A stretch of 64,000 nucleotides of DNA. Source: Massalongia carnosa (Eukaryota). The position numbers were made by a program, and so were the translations under genes. The stretch covers positions 186,001-250,000 of the forward strand of contig OZ287078.1 of the NCBI GenBank assembly GCA_965645245.1. The letters run 5' to 3'. Under the pieces are notes generated by a model. The model saw only the letters and a list, made by a program, of their open reading frames with translations. It was not told the DNA's origin and ran no database searches. The stretch's first letter is position 1; every line of letters starts with the position of its first letter. Shown here one piece after another: positions 48,930-61,478 of the stretch.

Positions 48930-50570
48930 CTAGTTGACAAATCTGGTCTTTACCTACAACTACACGTGATGAACGAATTCGTAAGAATACGACTTCTTTC
49001 GCGATTCTCACAGAAATGATGCTAACCCGCATCGTTGTAGTGCTGCGAAGGTCTCTTGTGTGCCTGTGATGGATAGATGGGAAATTTAAACCACCCCAAA
49101 CACGGACGATTGCTCGAACTGCTTGCTTGAAACTTATCACCTGAAGCTCAACTCTCTCTTTGAATATGATGCTGGTCTTGCCAAGAATTTTACTTCACTC
49201 GCATCATCGTGAGTATCTCGACACCTCCGTCGCGTATTCAATGATTGAAAAGACTCCGCTGCAGCTGCGGAAAGTCATATCCAACCATGTCACCAGCTCC
49301 GTACACGGTTTCTGCGATTAGCATAGCCACTATCATATCTCAACCTGTAGCAATGCTAACTTGTATGCCAGACTACACGATCGCAGCTGTAGATACATGC
49401 AACACGATAAGTCGGGCACATAATGCATCGATTTTCGACCTCCTGTACAACAACAGCCCGGAGAGCTACTGCACCAATTTTTCCTTTGCGGGACAAAATC
49501 TCTGTCTTTCTCATTCATGCAACAACTACACTGTCCAATCGAACGACCCCTACTATAGAATTGCATAGGCTCATCGGAATGCATTCGTTATTTCGCGAAT
49601 GGTCTCTTGGAACACCAATGTCAATCGTGATTGCTCAAACATGAATCGACTAGTTAGCTTCGTCAGACTCGACCTTAATCATCACAAGCAGTATACAAGG
49701 CTCTCACCTCGCCAAAGCTTGCGAACGATACAAACATCAACTGCGCACGATATTAGAATGTTTCAGCAGGCGAATACTGACCTTGATCAACTCAACGTGC
49801 GGCAACCTTGTTCTAAGCAAAAGCTATTGCGTGCAAGCCGTCGACGACATCGCCTCTTATCCTGACCACAGGTAAATCTCCCTTTTCCCCAGTCCCGTCC
49901 CTCTGAATCTAACTGCCACATGAAATGACCCCTCCTCCGGACCTCAAGACCCCTGCAGTGCCATTCCCGTCCCCGATAGCTGCTATGCGACCACTACCCA
50001 CCGCCGACTACTGGACCTGACTCGCCTATACCCTCACGTTCATATCATCTAGAACCTTCATCGCCTTCGCATTAACACAAAACATCACCTCCTTCAGCCT
50101 CGTCGGAACCTACGTCAGCGGTGTCCCTCCCCGCAGCAAACCCAGCCTAGGATCCCCTGCTAGCGTCAAAAATGAGTTGAGTAGTAGAATGACAAGTACT
50201 GCCACGACATGGTGGGCTCAGCCGGAATCTCTCTCGCGCAGCTGTACGCATTCAATCCCTTTCTAAAGAGCGACTGTTCAGGAGACTTCGCTGGCTACGC
50301 CTACTGCGTCGGTCCCCTGCCGTCGTCAACCACGACTGATTCCGCGGCGCTGAATCCTACATGTGCGGGAGGCACAACGCTGCCGAAACAGACGTAGGCC
50401 GGGATCAACTGCAAATGCAACAAGTGGATTGAGAAACGGAGCGGCAAGTACTGTCACAATATGGCGGATCAGGCTGGAATCAGTCTGCAGGCGCTCTATG
50501 CACTGAATCCGGCGTTGAAGGGGGAGTGTAGTGAGATGTTTGTGGGATACGCTCATTATGCACGAGCTGC
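48930..50570 (+). pseudogene. Degenerate multi-LysM domain protein
   Basis: DTCNTISRAHNAS, YTVQSND, VSWNTNVNRDCSN, ISLAQLYAFNPFLKSDCSG..GYAYCV; many stops and frameshifts. Confidence 0.7.
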
Positions 50571-50592
50571 GTATTAAAGGGGAGGAAGTGTA

Positions 50593-51912
50593 CAGTGGGT
50601 ATGATTAAGTGTTCGTCATTTTGCGTAATTTTCGCGAAAAATCGCGTCTCCCCCAAACTCATCCTTTTCAACCCACCATCACCATGCCCAAACGAAGCCC
50701 ATTGACCCCCATCTCTGCTAATAAGACCCCTCGAAGGGAGTTATCTACGTTTACAAAAGGTCAAATATCAGGCCTCGCCCGGGCGGGTTTAACACCCACT
50801 GAAATTCATCATCAATTGAACGTCTCCCGCACCACCATTCAGAGCTTTTTGCAGAGAGAACAAACAATTCCGTCTAGAGAAAACAGACCCCGATGCGGCC
50901 GGCCCCCTGTTGTTACCCCTCGAGCGGTCAGATCCGTGCTGCGGTATGTTCGAATCAACCCAAAAACAAGTTGGAATCAGGTCAAAACAGCCTTGGGGTT
51001 GAAGATCTGCAGGCAGACGTTCAACAAGGTGCTCAAGAATAATGGGATAGCTCATTGGATGGCCTTGAGGCGGCCTAAATTGACCCCAGCTCTGGCAAAA
51101 CTCCGACTGAATTAGGCACAAAAACACGAGGACTGGATGGTGGAACAGTGGAAAACTGTGATCTGGTCAGATGAGTCTTCTGTGCGAAGGGGTTCGGGCA
51201 AAGGCCGTGACTGGTCTTTGGAACTCCTGATCAGAAATGGGATCGTGATAAGCTTCAGGAAGGTCCCAAAGGCAAGGCCTTTAGTATAATGATATGGGGG
51301 GCATTTTGGGGATCGGGAAGGTCGGATCTTCATCTTTTGGAGCGGGATTGCGAGTTTAAAAAGCAAGGTTTTGGAGTCCAACTTGCTAGGAATATGGACG
51401 CCCGGTCTTGTTTTCATGCAGGATAATGGCCCTATTCATGGAGCGAATAAAACAAAGGCGTGGTTTAAGGAATTGGGGATAGAGGTAATGGACTGGCCAC
51501 CCTACAGCCTCGACTTAAATCCTATCGAAAATCTTTGGGCCCTTCTCAAGAAAGAGGCCTACAAAGTTTATCCCGACATCAATTCTCTAGAGGGCAAGGG
51601 CGACGAGGCAGAATCCAAGCTGTTTAGCATTCTGCAGGAGGCATGGGGGAACATTCGTGAGGAGGTAATAGATGGACTGATTGCAAGCATGCCCCTCAGG
51701 GTGGCAGCACTTATTGCTGCGGAGGGGTGGCATACAAAGTATCAGCACCACCAAATTCGGGTAGCAAATAGAGCACATATCAATCGATTATTAATGCAAT
51801 TTTGGAGGTTTCAAACGGTTGTTTGGGGGGTAGGGAATAGGTGGAACAAATGTGCTGTAAAAGGGAATTTTGGTTTTGGTGGGGTGTGCCGAAGACTTTT
51901 TCACAGCTAGTG
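50593..51912 (+). mobile_element. Tc1/mariner element with imperfect TIRs; transposase from 50684 is frameshifted and deleted
   Basis: TA flanks; HTH region with RPRCGRPP; VIWSDE, FMQDNG, WPPYSLDLNPIENLW. Confidence 0.85.
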
Positions 51913-52205
51913 TATGTGAAGAGGATTGAATTGTGAAACTGAAAGCTACTCAGGCAGTGTTGAAACGATAAGACAATACAGAGATAATAATCTTATCAAT
52001 CGAGTTGATAAGATCGATAAGATATGATTCAGTGTAGGGTTATTGACGGAATTAGGGTAAGTCTTCCTCGGAAGCGAGCATGCAAGTGATAACCGTAACA
52101 TAACAGCCTTCGATACGTAATACATAATACTGAGTACAATACGGAAGATGCAACAACATGAGACAAGCGATGCCGAGGCTGCTAGTTACTTCATGATGGT
52201 CTCGA

Positions 52206-53612
52206 CTAATCATCATCCTCGTCACTCCCATCTTCCCCATCTCCCCAGTCTTCCATATCTTCCCCATCCTCCCAATCTTTCTCATCATCTTCATCGACGT
52301 CTTTTCTCGCAAACACCTCATGAACCTGCACCGCAATCTTTCGCTCCTGTAGTGGTGAAAGCGGTTCCGGAAACACATCAGACTTAACGTCTCCGTCCAC
52401 AATCCTCTCCGCCTGCAAAATGTCGCCGATTTCGAGAGCTAATGCTTGGATCACGCCTGCGCGCATCCAGTTGCCGGGAGTCCCCCAGATCTTCCCCATT
52501 TGAATCTTTTCCTGATCCTTTTCGCATCCTGGGACCATGTAGCGATGACGACGAAAAAGCGTGGTGAGACAGTGAAAGTAGAGATATCTCTTCTTTGGTC
52601 GCGATTCGGTTTTGAATACTAGTCTCTCGTGATTCAATTCTCGATACCGTGGACCGCCCGGATAGGTTTCCTCGTTCAATAACGAGTCGTCGAGCACGAC
52701 AAGTTTCAGTTCCTTCCCGGATTCCTCATCCGGAACGATTACGATTCGAGCATCATCGAAATGCGCTTCGATCCTCGGATGAAGAATGAGTCCGTTGTCG
52801 AACCACCAAAGGGCCTCCCAGCCCTGATCTAGAGGAAGTCCGAAGATGTACGCGACGTTATATTCTCCAATGGCGTATGGCACAATGTGAGCCGTTTTCG
52901 TGTTGGATTGTTCATGCCAAGCACGCGTGACAGGACACCATAGCACCGGCAGCTCCGTCTTCGGACCATCGTATTCTGGCGATCCCTGCTTCGGTGAGTA
53001 CGCATTTCGTACTATGTTTCGAAATCTCTCCTGATCGTTTTTATTGCGAGTTCCGGTCTTTTTGATTTTGGCGCCGGCAGGTTCGGAAAGATTGCTCACC
53101 AATGCCATCAAGTATGCCTCTCCAATTCGTGCGTGAGTGGGGTGGGTTAGAATGCCGCATTCGAGTTTCAAATGATTGCGGGCCAACGCTGCGCGCTCTC
53201 GTAAGATGCCGATGTCATTCTCCTCCACGCCGGAAAGCAGTCTTTTGTAGGTGAGCTTGTCAAGAGTTTTCGTATCACGCTGCTCCCTCAACGCATTGCG
53301 ACATGCTCGATTATGAAATGCCATCGCTTCCAACAATGGCTCTCGATCTTTCACATACTGTTTGGCGCGGCTCGGGCTAAACGACTCAAGCAGCTCCTGA
53401 CTAGATGCGGACGCTGTTCTCACCCGTTCTTTGAGCTGTTCTCTCTGCTCGGCGAGTTCAAGGCTAACTTCGCGGAAATCAGGCTTCAAAGACTTCGAAA
53501 AAAGTACAAGCGGATCTTTGAGCGCTGAGGAGAGGCTTTCCCGCTGCTTGCGACGCTTCTCGTCGCGATTGGACTTTTTGGCAAAGCTTAATGGGGCGAT
53601 TGGTTGAGTCAT
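52206..53612 (-). CDS. Fungal HNH endonuclease-like protein with N-terminal coiled coil and acidic tail (468 aa)
   Basis: LWCPVT...TAHIVPY...DNGLILHPRIEAHFD; RPKKRYLYFH; intact single ORF. Confidence 0.8.
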   Translation of the reverse strand: MTQPIAPLSFAKKSNRDEKRRKQRESLSSALKDPLVLFSKSLKPDFREVSLELAEQREQLKERVRTASASSQELLESFSPSRAKQYVKDREPLLEAMAFHNRACRNALREQRDTKTLDKLTYKRLLSGVEENDIGILRERAALARNHLKLECGILTHPTHARIGEAYLMALVSNLSEPAGAKIKKTGTRNKNDQERFRNIVRNAYSPKQGSPEYDGPKTELPVLWCPVTRAWHEQSNTKTAHIVPYAIGEYNVAYIFGLPLDQGWEALWWFDNGLILHPRIEAHFDDARIVIVPDEESGKELKLVVLDDSLLNEETYPGGPRYRELNHERLVFKTESRPKKRYLYFHCLTTLFRRHRYMVPGCEKDQEKIQMGKIWGTPGNWMRAGVIQALALEIGDILQAERIVDGDVKSDVFPEPLSPLQERKIAVQVHEVFARKDVDEDDEKDWEDGEDMEDWGDGEDGSDEDDD

Positions 53613-54196
53613 CTGTGCTATGGGGAGGGGAAGTTATCGTGCGGGAGTGTCTTGGGAACGGGGAAAAATGTAATTGGGAAGTTCGATCGATGAGATTTCT
53701 GTATTTTAGATTGAAGGATCGAGAAGCTGGACTCTCTACCTACGAAAAAGTCGTTTTGTGGAAGGAAAGAGGAAAGGGAACCATGGCAACGCAGTCTTGA
53801 ATCATGACTAGTATGTCCAGTTGATCAATCGATTGCTTGTGATGCGCACCACAAATCCATTCCAATAAATCGTGGCACATGTTGTGCATGAACTTTCACA
53901 TGACAGTTTATCAAATAACGCTTACCTTGGGGCTGGCTCCGGAGTTCCAACTGCGCTCAAAGCAAGCATAGTACGCCCGCAGCTAGCCAGGAGCTGTTTG
54001 AAATTATAATTTCATATTCATTCGATTCAGCAACATTATCATGTCATGCGCAGATATAAATTAAATACCGTTATTAAGAAAGAGAAAGAAAAGGAAAAAT
54101 TACTATAATTGTCGGCCTCGCTTAGCTGCCTCCGTACGAGGTGTACCTTGTCACGCGCGTGACAGAAACAGGCGGACACCACCAAAGTAAGCCTTG

Positions 54197-54452
54197 TTGC
54201 CTCAGTACCTCAGACGTGCTGTGGCTCAGCCTTCGCCTTTATTAGCCTTTTCCGGTTAACTCGGCGCTAACTTGTTTAGCTTACAAGTCTAACTTTTTAT
54301 AGTTAGACTTTGCTTACGAAGCTCGCTGTGCAAGCACAGCGAACAGAGTCTTAACCCAAAACAGTTAAACTATTCACTAAACTAGCTTAGCTTTAGACTA
54401 ATAATATACTAATCTAAATAGATTTAACTATGGGTCTGAGGTACTGAGGCAA
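54197..54452. mobile_element. MITE-like element with 19-bp perfect TIR and TpA-rich interior
   Basis: ttgcctcagtacctcagac / gtctgaggtactgaggcaa; no clear TSD. Confidence 0.65.
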
Positions 54453-55179
54453 GAACTTGCTACCATCTATAAAATAATTACCATCTAGTCATCTTGCCAT
54501 TCATGTCTAAAACGTCATCTATTCTTTTAGGCATTGATTCGATCCATTCATTGATCGTTTCCTGAGAAAGACTGACCCAACCCGCCTTAATTGCAGCTAT
54601 TGTGGTGTCATAATCCCAATGAGGTTGACGACCTACCCGTTGTTTGGGCACCTGCCACCAATTTTCGATAGGAGAAAGATCAGGAGAACGAGGGCAGTTG
54701 AAGTAGTATTTTAGCCCATGCTCGTCCTTCCCCGATCCATGTCCTGAATCGCCATCTTCTTCCAACACGAAATTCGGGTCTGTTTCGAGCCATGTTTTTA
54801 CTACCGGTTCCAGAATGAAGTCAATATACACCTTCTGACTCATCTTTCCATTCGAATTGCTGGGAACCTCATAAAAAATCAGCTTTGATTTGAAGTTCCA
54901 CCCCACAGCAGCCCAACAATGATATCGTTTCTGTTTTTTGTCCTTCTCTTCAGGCTCATGTTGTTCCTGAATGCAATCCTGACACGTACGCTCGCCAGGT
55001 TTTCGAATGATGCGTAGTCTTCGTTGAGGTCCTCGTCCGAAATGAACTTCATCGGAAAAGCGAACTCTTTTCCAATCATTCAAAGAGTATGTGTTTCGTT
55101 TGTTCCAAGCCCAATCCTTTCGTGCAATCATCAAATCTTTCCGGACGTAGGTTTTTGTGCATGCGAGACATTTACGATA

Positions 55180-58100
55180 TTTTCGTTCCTCCGCAGGACA
55201 ATGAGTTATTTTCGTCTTGGGAGGAGGCAAAGACTATTCTTCAAAACTATGCCTTCACCCAAGGCTTCGCGTTGGTCACAGAAACTCACGATAAGAAAAA
55301 CCATTTAATCGTATTAGACTGCACACGCCACCACAAAAGAGCTAGAAACACTAGAAAAGTAGAGGGGGAAGACCGGGTGCGAGCCAATACCAAAGTTTCG
55401 TTCAATGAGTGCCCTTATCGCCTCCGTCTCAAAAAAAACAAAGACAATGCATGGAGACTAATAGTCACTTACTCCGAGCACAATCTTGAGATGGCCACTG
55501 ATCCCTTTGCATTCAGAGAACATCATAGTAGGGACCCTGATCGAATAGATGCCCTAGATCAAGGGAAGAGTCTCCGTGCATCGTCAACCCAATATGGCCA
55601 AGCAGCGAGAATATTAGGAATCCAAGGACTCCGTCTGTCGAGGAGCGATTATTATAATCTCGCTCATTCGGAGGGAGCTCACACGCCTGAAGAAGAGCTT
55701 CTTTTTGCCTTGGGCTCGTTGAAAGACAGGGGCTTTCATGTACGGTGTAAGGAAAAATATATTGTTAAGAATAATGTGCGTGAGAGACGGGTGATAGAAC
55801 AATTTTTTTTTTGCAATGCAGACCAAATTAGGCTGGCTCGACGTTTCGTGGGTGGGTTTTTATTAGAAACGGATGCAACGTTCAATACTAAATAAATTGA
55901 ACTTGCCTTTATCCGTTTTTGTTGGAATCACTAACACCGACCTTTCGTTTCCCGTCGCTTATTGCTATATAACTTCCGAATCGGCCGAATGTTTCTCTTT
56001 TATTTTCGAATGTATGAAAGAGTTGATTTTTCATGATGATTGCCCCGGGCCTGGGGTGATTCTCGGGGATTTTGCAGCTGGGTTGACTGTGGCCATGCAA
56101 AGAAAAGCTAAAGCTCCGGCAATTGATCTCGATGCTGCATTGACCATTGCAAGAGAGGTCGCCGAAAATCTAAACCAATCAACGATGAAAGCGGGCGAGG
56201 AGAGATGCGATTTGCAGCTGTGCACGTGGCATGCGGCCGAGGCAATATAAAAACGACTGATCAAGGCAGGGAAATATCCCCAAGAAGTGCGCAAAAAGCT
56301 GGAGACTCTGATTTGGGATTATATAAAATCCCTCACTATTGATGAGTTGAATGAGAGACGAAGAAAGTTGCTGAATGAACTTCATCCCGTAGAAAAGGTT
56401 AGTAGTGATATATCAAATTAAATTTCAAGCGAGTTAGGGCTACTGCTAACGCTACCTCTTTCGCAGGATTATCTCATGAATTTCTATCAACGTCAAGAAA
56501 TTCAGTTCGTGCATGCATATACTACTAAACTCCCTAATTTAGGCGCACACAGCACACAGCGTTCAGAAGGTCTACATTCATTGGTTAAAAATGTGACCAA
56601 TAGAAATACTCCTATAAGACAATCGGTGCAGAAAATATGTGATGAGGTGCGGAAAAAACAATTAGATCAGGAGATTTTGTGCAATCAACAGCGAATACGC
56701 AATCCTAGATTGATCGATAGAAATGCTTTTACGCTACTCATTGGGAAAATTACGCATCATGCCATTGGCCTCGTTTCAAGAGAACTCGATGCCGCCAAAT
56801 CATTAGCTGAAGGAATCCTTTCTATTGTCCCTGATGGTGGAAGCTGTGTTTATGATTGTGAGTTGCCTTTAAGGTACGGTCTCCCATGCAAATGCTGGTT
56901 GTATAAATGCATCATCGACTCGGTCCCTATTCCCGTTTCCCTCATCCACCCCCGCTGGTTTTTTTGATGGCCCACCTTATGCGGTCTCTTGGCAAATGAC
57001 CTTCGATTTCGTTCGCGGCTCGGAGCCCGAGGTCGAAAAGATCGTCGATGAGGTCGAAGGGACGGGAGAGATTGAGGCGGATAAGGATGAGGTCGAGCTC
57101 GAAGAAGGCGTGTTGAGTGTGGATATATTTCGCCGCGGGGGGCTTGATTTGCTACCTTCTGTGGCATATCAATCTATTGACCTGCATCAATCAATAGAAG
57201 ATTCTCATCGAAGGGAGGAGTACGCTCGCGAGCTCACATCGTTGAAAAGTTCAATAAGAAATGGCAAAAGAAGGAGCTGGTAAGACCTCTCATCCCCACC
57301 ACATTCCCCGACGAAATTCGGCCCAAAGAAAACCTCATGTATAAGAAAGGAGGGAGTCGTCGACGTGCCTACACTGGTCGCGAGGCAGCTGAGGCTAGAG
57401 AAACTGAACAGCGACGTACTAGGCGAAGGGACTCTATTGAACAAGGGAGGAGGCTTAGATATAATAGATTGCGTGCTGGGGGCGACGATGAGGTTGAAGG
57501 TGAAACAGAAGGTAAAATTCACGATGTTGCAAAGTTATTGCGCTCAGGTCGGCTAATATTGGGTACAATAGGTTTAGGAGAAAACTTAGTTATTGAGAGA
57601 ATCGAAAACGCGTCTATCGTCTCCGACGACGATGACGAGGTGCAGTATATAAGCACTCAGCCCATTCTCGTTCATTCTATGGATCCTATGCTTCCTTCGG
57701 ATGACGATAATGATGTTATTCTTACATCAGAAGCCTCGTCAGATTCGCTCGAAGATATTGACGATGTGCTTGCCAAGCATAGTCAAAAAGCTCTACCTCA
57801 GGCAGCGCCGCCTCCATCTCTTTATAGACTTAGCCAAAACGTGCGCGCCAGTCAAATCTCCCTACTTCCTCTGCAACAACGCGAAGGTCTCGGGGTGTGG
57901 CGAAGAAATCAAAGGCTCAGTTGGAGTTGGAATCTCAGCAAAGAGTCGAGAAATCAGTCAAACAGGCTAGGGCTCAAGCGAGAAAGGAAACGGCGATGAG
58001 AAAGGTGGCTAAAACCATGAAGCCTAGAAAAGATCATGTATCGCAATTGGCTGACGAGTTTTAATAGGTAGATTTGTAGATGTTGAATACACTTAGTCAG

Positions 58101-58234
58101 TAACAGCAACATTATTAATACGTAGTGTAACTGCTAGCTTGTACGCACCCTGGATGAGTAGTAAAATGGCTGTTTACTAGTAAAGATTTACACAGGGGGG
58201 ACGGTCGGGGGGGACTGTCCCTAAGCATCTCGTT
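55180..58234 (+). mobile_element. Mutator/MULE-like element, 5'-truncated; transposase pseudogene
   Basis: FAR1-like N-region, ETDATFNT, GDFAAGL, LQLCTWH, STQRSEGLH, SWIM-like YGLPCKCW; frameshift ~55890, stop at 56248, intron 56398-56466. Confidence 0.85.
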
Positions 58235-58625
58235 CCCTCCAAGCCCCAGGTTTGCAATATTTCATCCATACGATCTATCTGCTTCTTTGACAGTTTGCGA
58301 GGCTGACCACGAGTCTCCGATTTGTTTGTATGATCATGCCGTCGATTAGTTTCTTGATCGTTGAGTATTTCATAACCTCGAGTATGTCCCACGCCGAAAA
58401 ACTCGAAAACCTCTCGCTTTGAACGCAAAATCCCTTTCGCCTTGGTAGGAGTGGTATGCTCAGTATTTATAGTGATTCGTGACTCTAGAACAGGCTCCAT
58501 TGCTTATAAAGAATTGATAAAAGTGTGTACGTACATGTACGATGTAAAAATAAAAAAACTAAGGTGTGGGTGGTGCGGGGAAATTTTGGTGGCCGCCTAT
58601 TTCTGTCACGCGCGTGCTTGTACTA

Positions 58626-60240
58626 CAGTGCACCCTGGCTATAACGATTTTGATTTTCCATGAGGTCAAATCGTTATAAGGAGAATATCGTTATACCCAA
58701 AGAAAGCTTGAATTCCTCCCATTTACTATGTTAAATAGCTATCAATTGTGGTTTGTTTAAGCCCCTGCTTGGTCCTTTGCCTGATAACCCTTTCATGTCG
58801 ATTTATACGTGAAATGAGCTCACTATCACCTTCATCCTGCTGTTCTTCATACAAACGAAGAGTTTGTAGAGCCAAAATAGCCTCATTATGACGAATTCGA
58901 GGCATGATTACATCCTCCTCATTGGTCTCATAAGCTCTTTCCTCCCTGCTGTACGAATTGACGATGTCGTCGATCAAGACTTCCTCGGTGTCATAAACAT
59001 CCTCCTCTTGTGGATTTAAAAACTGAGTAATAGACATCGCATTTGCGATTCTATCCTGATGAACCAGATGATGTATTTGTTAAGCCATACTCGAAATGAC
59101 AGCGTCATATGAAGAATTATCCTCCTTCACCTTTTGATGCCAGCCCATATTCTCCGCCTCCTCTCTGTTCACTGGACCATATTTAGCACTCAACACCCGA
59201 GATTTCACCCAGCAATTATTGATTGTTGTCTCAGTAACGTCCTGCTCCCATGCGTCAATCCCCCAACGAATAGCTTGTAAAACATTCATTGTTTTAGTGG
59301 GATCAATGTCTTTTTCGTATTCAGAACAACTGTAACGCAGCTATCTTCTTCGATAATGAGCTTTCCAGGCATGAATAATACCTTGATCGAGAGGTTGACA
59401 TAGAGAGGTTGCATTCGCAGGAAGGAAAAGGATTTTCGTGTTTGTAAGGCCAGCGGAAATTCTTCATACAATAAATCGATGCCTGTTAACTCAGTGAGTG
59501 AATGAATTCATCAGATCGTGTTATAGTTGAATCACCTGCTTTATGAGCTGAAAATCCATCTATCAAAAGAATTACCTTGCGTCCAGTCATTCGATTATCA
59601 AACCAAAGCAAATATTCTTTGAAAATTCGTCCAGTCATCCAGGCCTTTTGATTGAAACGCCAGACCATTCGGAAATTGTGGATGTTAATGCCAGATCGTC
59701 CAAAACAGCGAGGATTTGCGGCTTTTCCAATGAACCATGGAGGAAGTTTGTCCGTGCCGGTCACATTTGTAGCGAAATTGACAGATATTCTGGCTTTTTC
59801 GTGTTTACCTCCCGGTGTTTGCTCAGTGGCAAGCGTACCATCCGGGCTCATCTTCCAAAAAAGACCTGTCTCATCCATATTGAAAATATCGCGATTATCA
59901 TATTCTTTGAGATGCTCACGTATATTCTTCAGCTCAGTCTCTACGACTACATTATCAACAGCACCGACCTCGCCATGTCTTCTATATTTTCTGATCTGAT
60001 GTCGATTTTTGAAGCAATCCAGCCAGCCAGTAGAGAATTTGGGCTGTTCTTCGTCAGCATATTGAGGAAGCTTACTCCAAAAGATAGCGGCTATCTCTTT
60101 AAGAATTTCTCCTGTTATTGTAGCTTCTTTTCGCATCATTGGTTGCTGCCGCTCGAATAAAGCGTCTTCGAGATCTGGCCATTGTGCTGCACGGTTTTTT
60201 CTGACCTCTAAACGCTGCACCTTATTGTCCAAGTGAGCGC
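58626..60240 (-). mobile_element. pogo/Tigger (CENP-B, DDE_1)-type element truncated by the DIRS-like element
   Basis: TA + cagtgcaccctggctataacga terminus; FSTGWL, IFNMDETGLFW, KAWMT, LLIDGFSAH; intron 59483-59535; frameshifts. Confidence 0.85.
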
Positions 60241-60423
60241 TAGTTCGTGTCAATCTCGTTATATTGCTACTAAGTATGTTTGGGCTATTGCTCACAGCCC
60301 CCGGCCTCGAGAGGGGGACTCGATAAGGGCCTTGCTGTCTACTAATGTAAGACCCTCTCGCAGGCCTTGGGCTGTGAACAGACTCCCAATCCCCAACATG
60401 GAACGACCCGCTTGCGGTGTTGT

Positions 60424-61478
60424 TCAGGACCTAGTGACTGGATTGTGAGGTTCCGTGGGTAATGTTTGAAGGCGTTTTGAGGCGTTAAGAAGGTAAGTGG
60501 GGTGGGTTTGTATGTAAAGCTTGTATGCGTCTGACTTCCATCTTCCTAGCATCTGAATCTCGTCTTCGGTGAGTCCTGCCCGTCGCGCTGTTGTTGCCGC
60601 ACCTCTTCTGAACGAGTGGCCAGAGAAATTTCCTATATAGCCCAAGTTCCTTAAGGTGGATTTCATCGCTGTTGTAATGTAGTCTCGAGTGAAGGACTGA
60701 CCGTTTTTAAAGAGTGGTGCGGCCGGAGAACTTGGGAATCGCCTATATAAATTTGTAAGAGAAGCTAGTGCACAAGCAACATCGTTGGTAGCCGCAATTG
60801 TCAGTGTTATGCCTCGGCGAAAGGGATCGGTTTTGGAGACTGGTAGAGAGAGCTGTAGGTGATCTGCTTCGAACCTAATAGATTTTCTGGTGAGGTGCCA
60901 TTGATCAAAGCTTGGGTCTAGTACATCTTGCGTTGTGTAAGTAAATTCTCCGGCTCGTAAGAAGCCTGCAAACGCTAAGCAGTACGCCGCATGTAAATTT
61001 GCGCCTTTCTCTTTCGTTTGATCAAGACGACTTAGCAATTTGATTAAGATCTCTCTAGTAATTGGTAACCTTTCACGTTTCTCGGCTTCACCGTTCTTTC
61101 GCTTTATGCCAGTAAGGATGCGATCTAACACCGGGTGATGAAATACGTCGAGATTACCGAGGCCCATATCTATCTGGCATGATCTTATGCCCGTCAAGTA
61201 GCTCTTAATAGTTTTTGGTTGCAGGCGTCGTTCACCCAACGCTGCGATCCACGAAGACAGCGTCCGGATGTTGGCTGGAAATGGTGGCGCGTTGAGGTTT
61301 ACCCTACAGTAAAGAACGTATCCCTTTCTTGCCGTTGTGTATAAAGATCTTGTCTTAGTGGCCAGGCCCCACCAGAGGTATCGTGCTGCGATTTCGTCTA
61401 GAGGTACCTCACTGTACCAAGATGGGGGTGGATCGCGTCCTATATTGCTGAGGGTAGAGCCTGAAACTGAGGGATTTT
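60424..61478 (-). CDS. Tyrosine recombinase (ORF3) of the DIRS-like element
   Basis: FAGFLRAGEF, SKTDPF, GHSFRRGAAT, GRWKSDAYKLY; frame open upstream to ~61478 with no early ATG. Confidence 0.9.

Larger units (their letters stand above)
54146..58620 (-). mobile_element. Tc1-like element split by a MULE and a MITE
   Basis: TIR core cacgcgcgtgacagaaaYaggcgg at both ends, TA flanks; transposase N-terminus 58500-58235, catalytic part 55180-54478 (FSDEVHF, EEDGDSGH, SPDLSPIEN). Confidence 0.85.
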
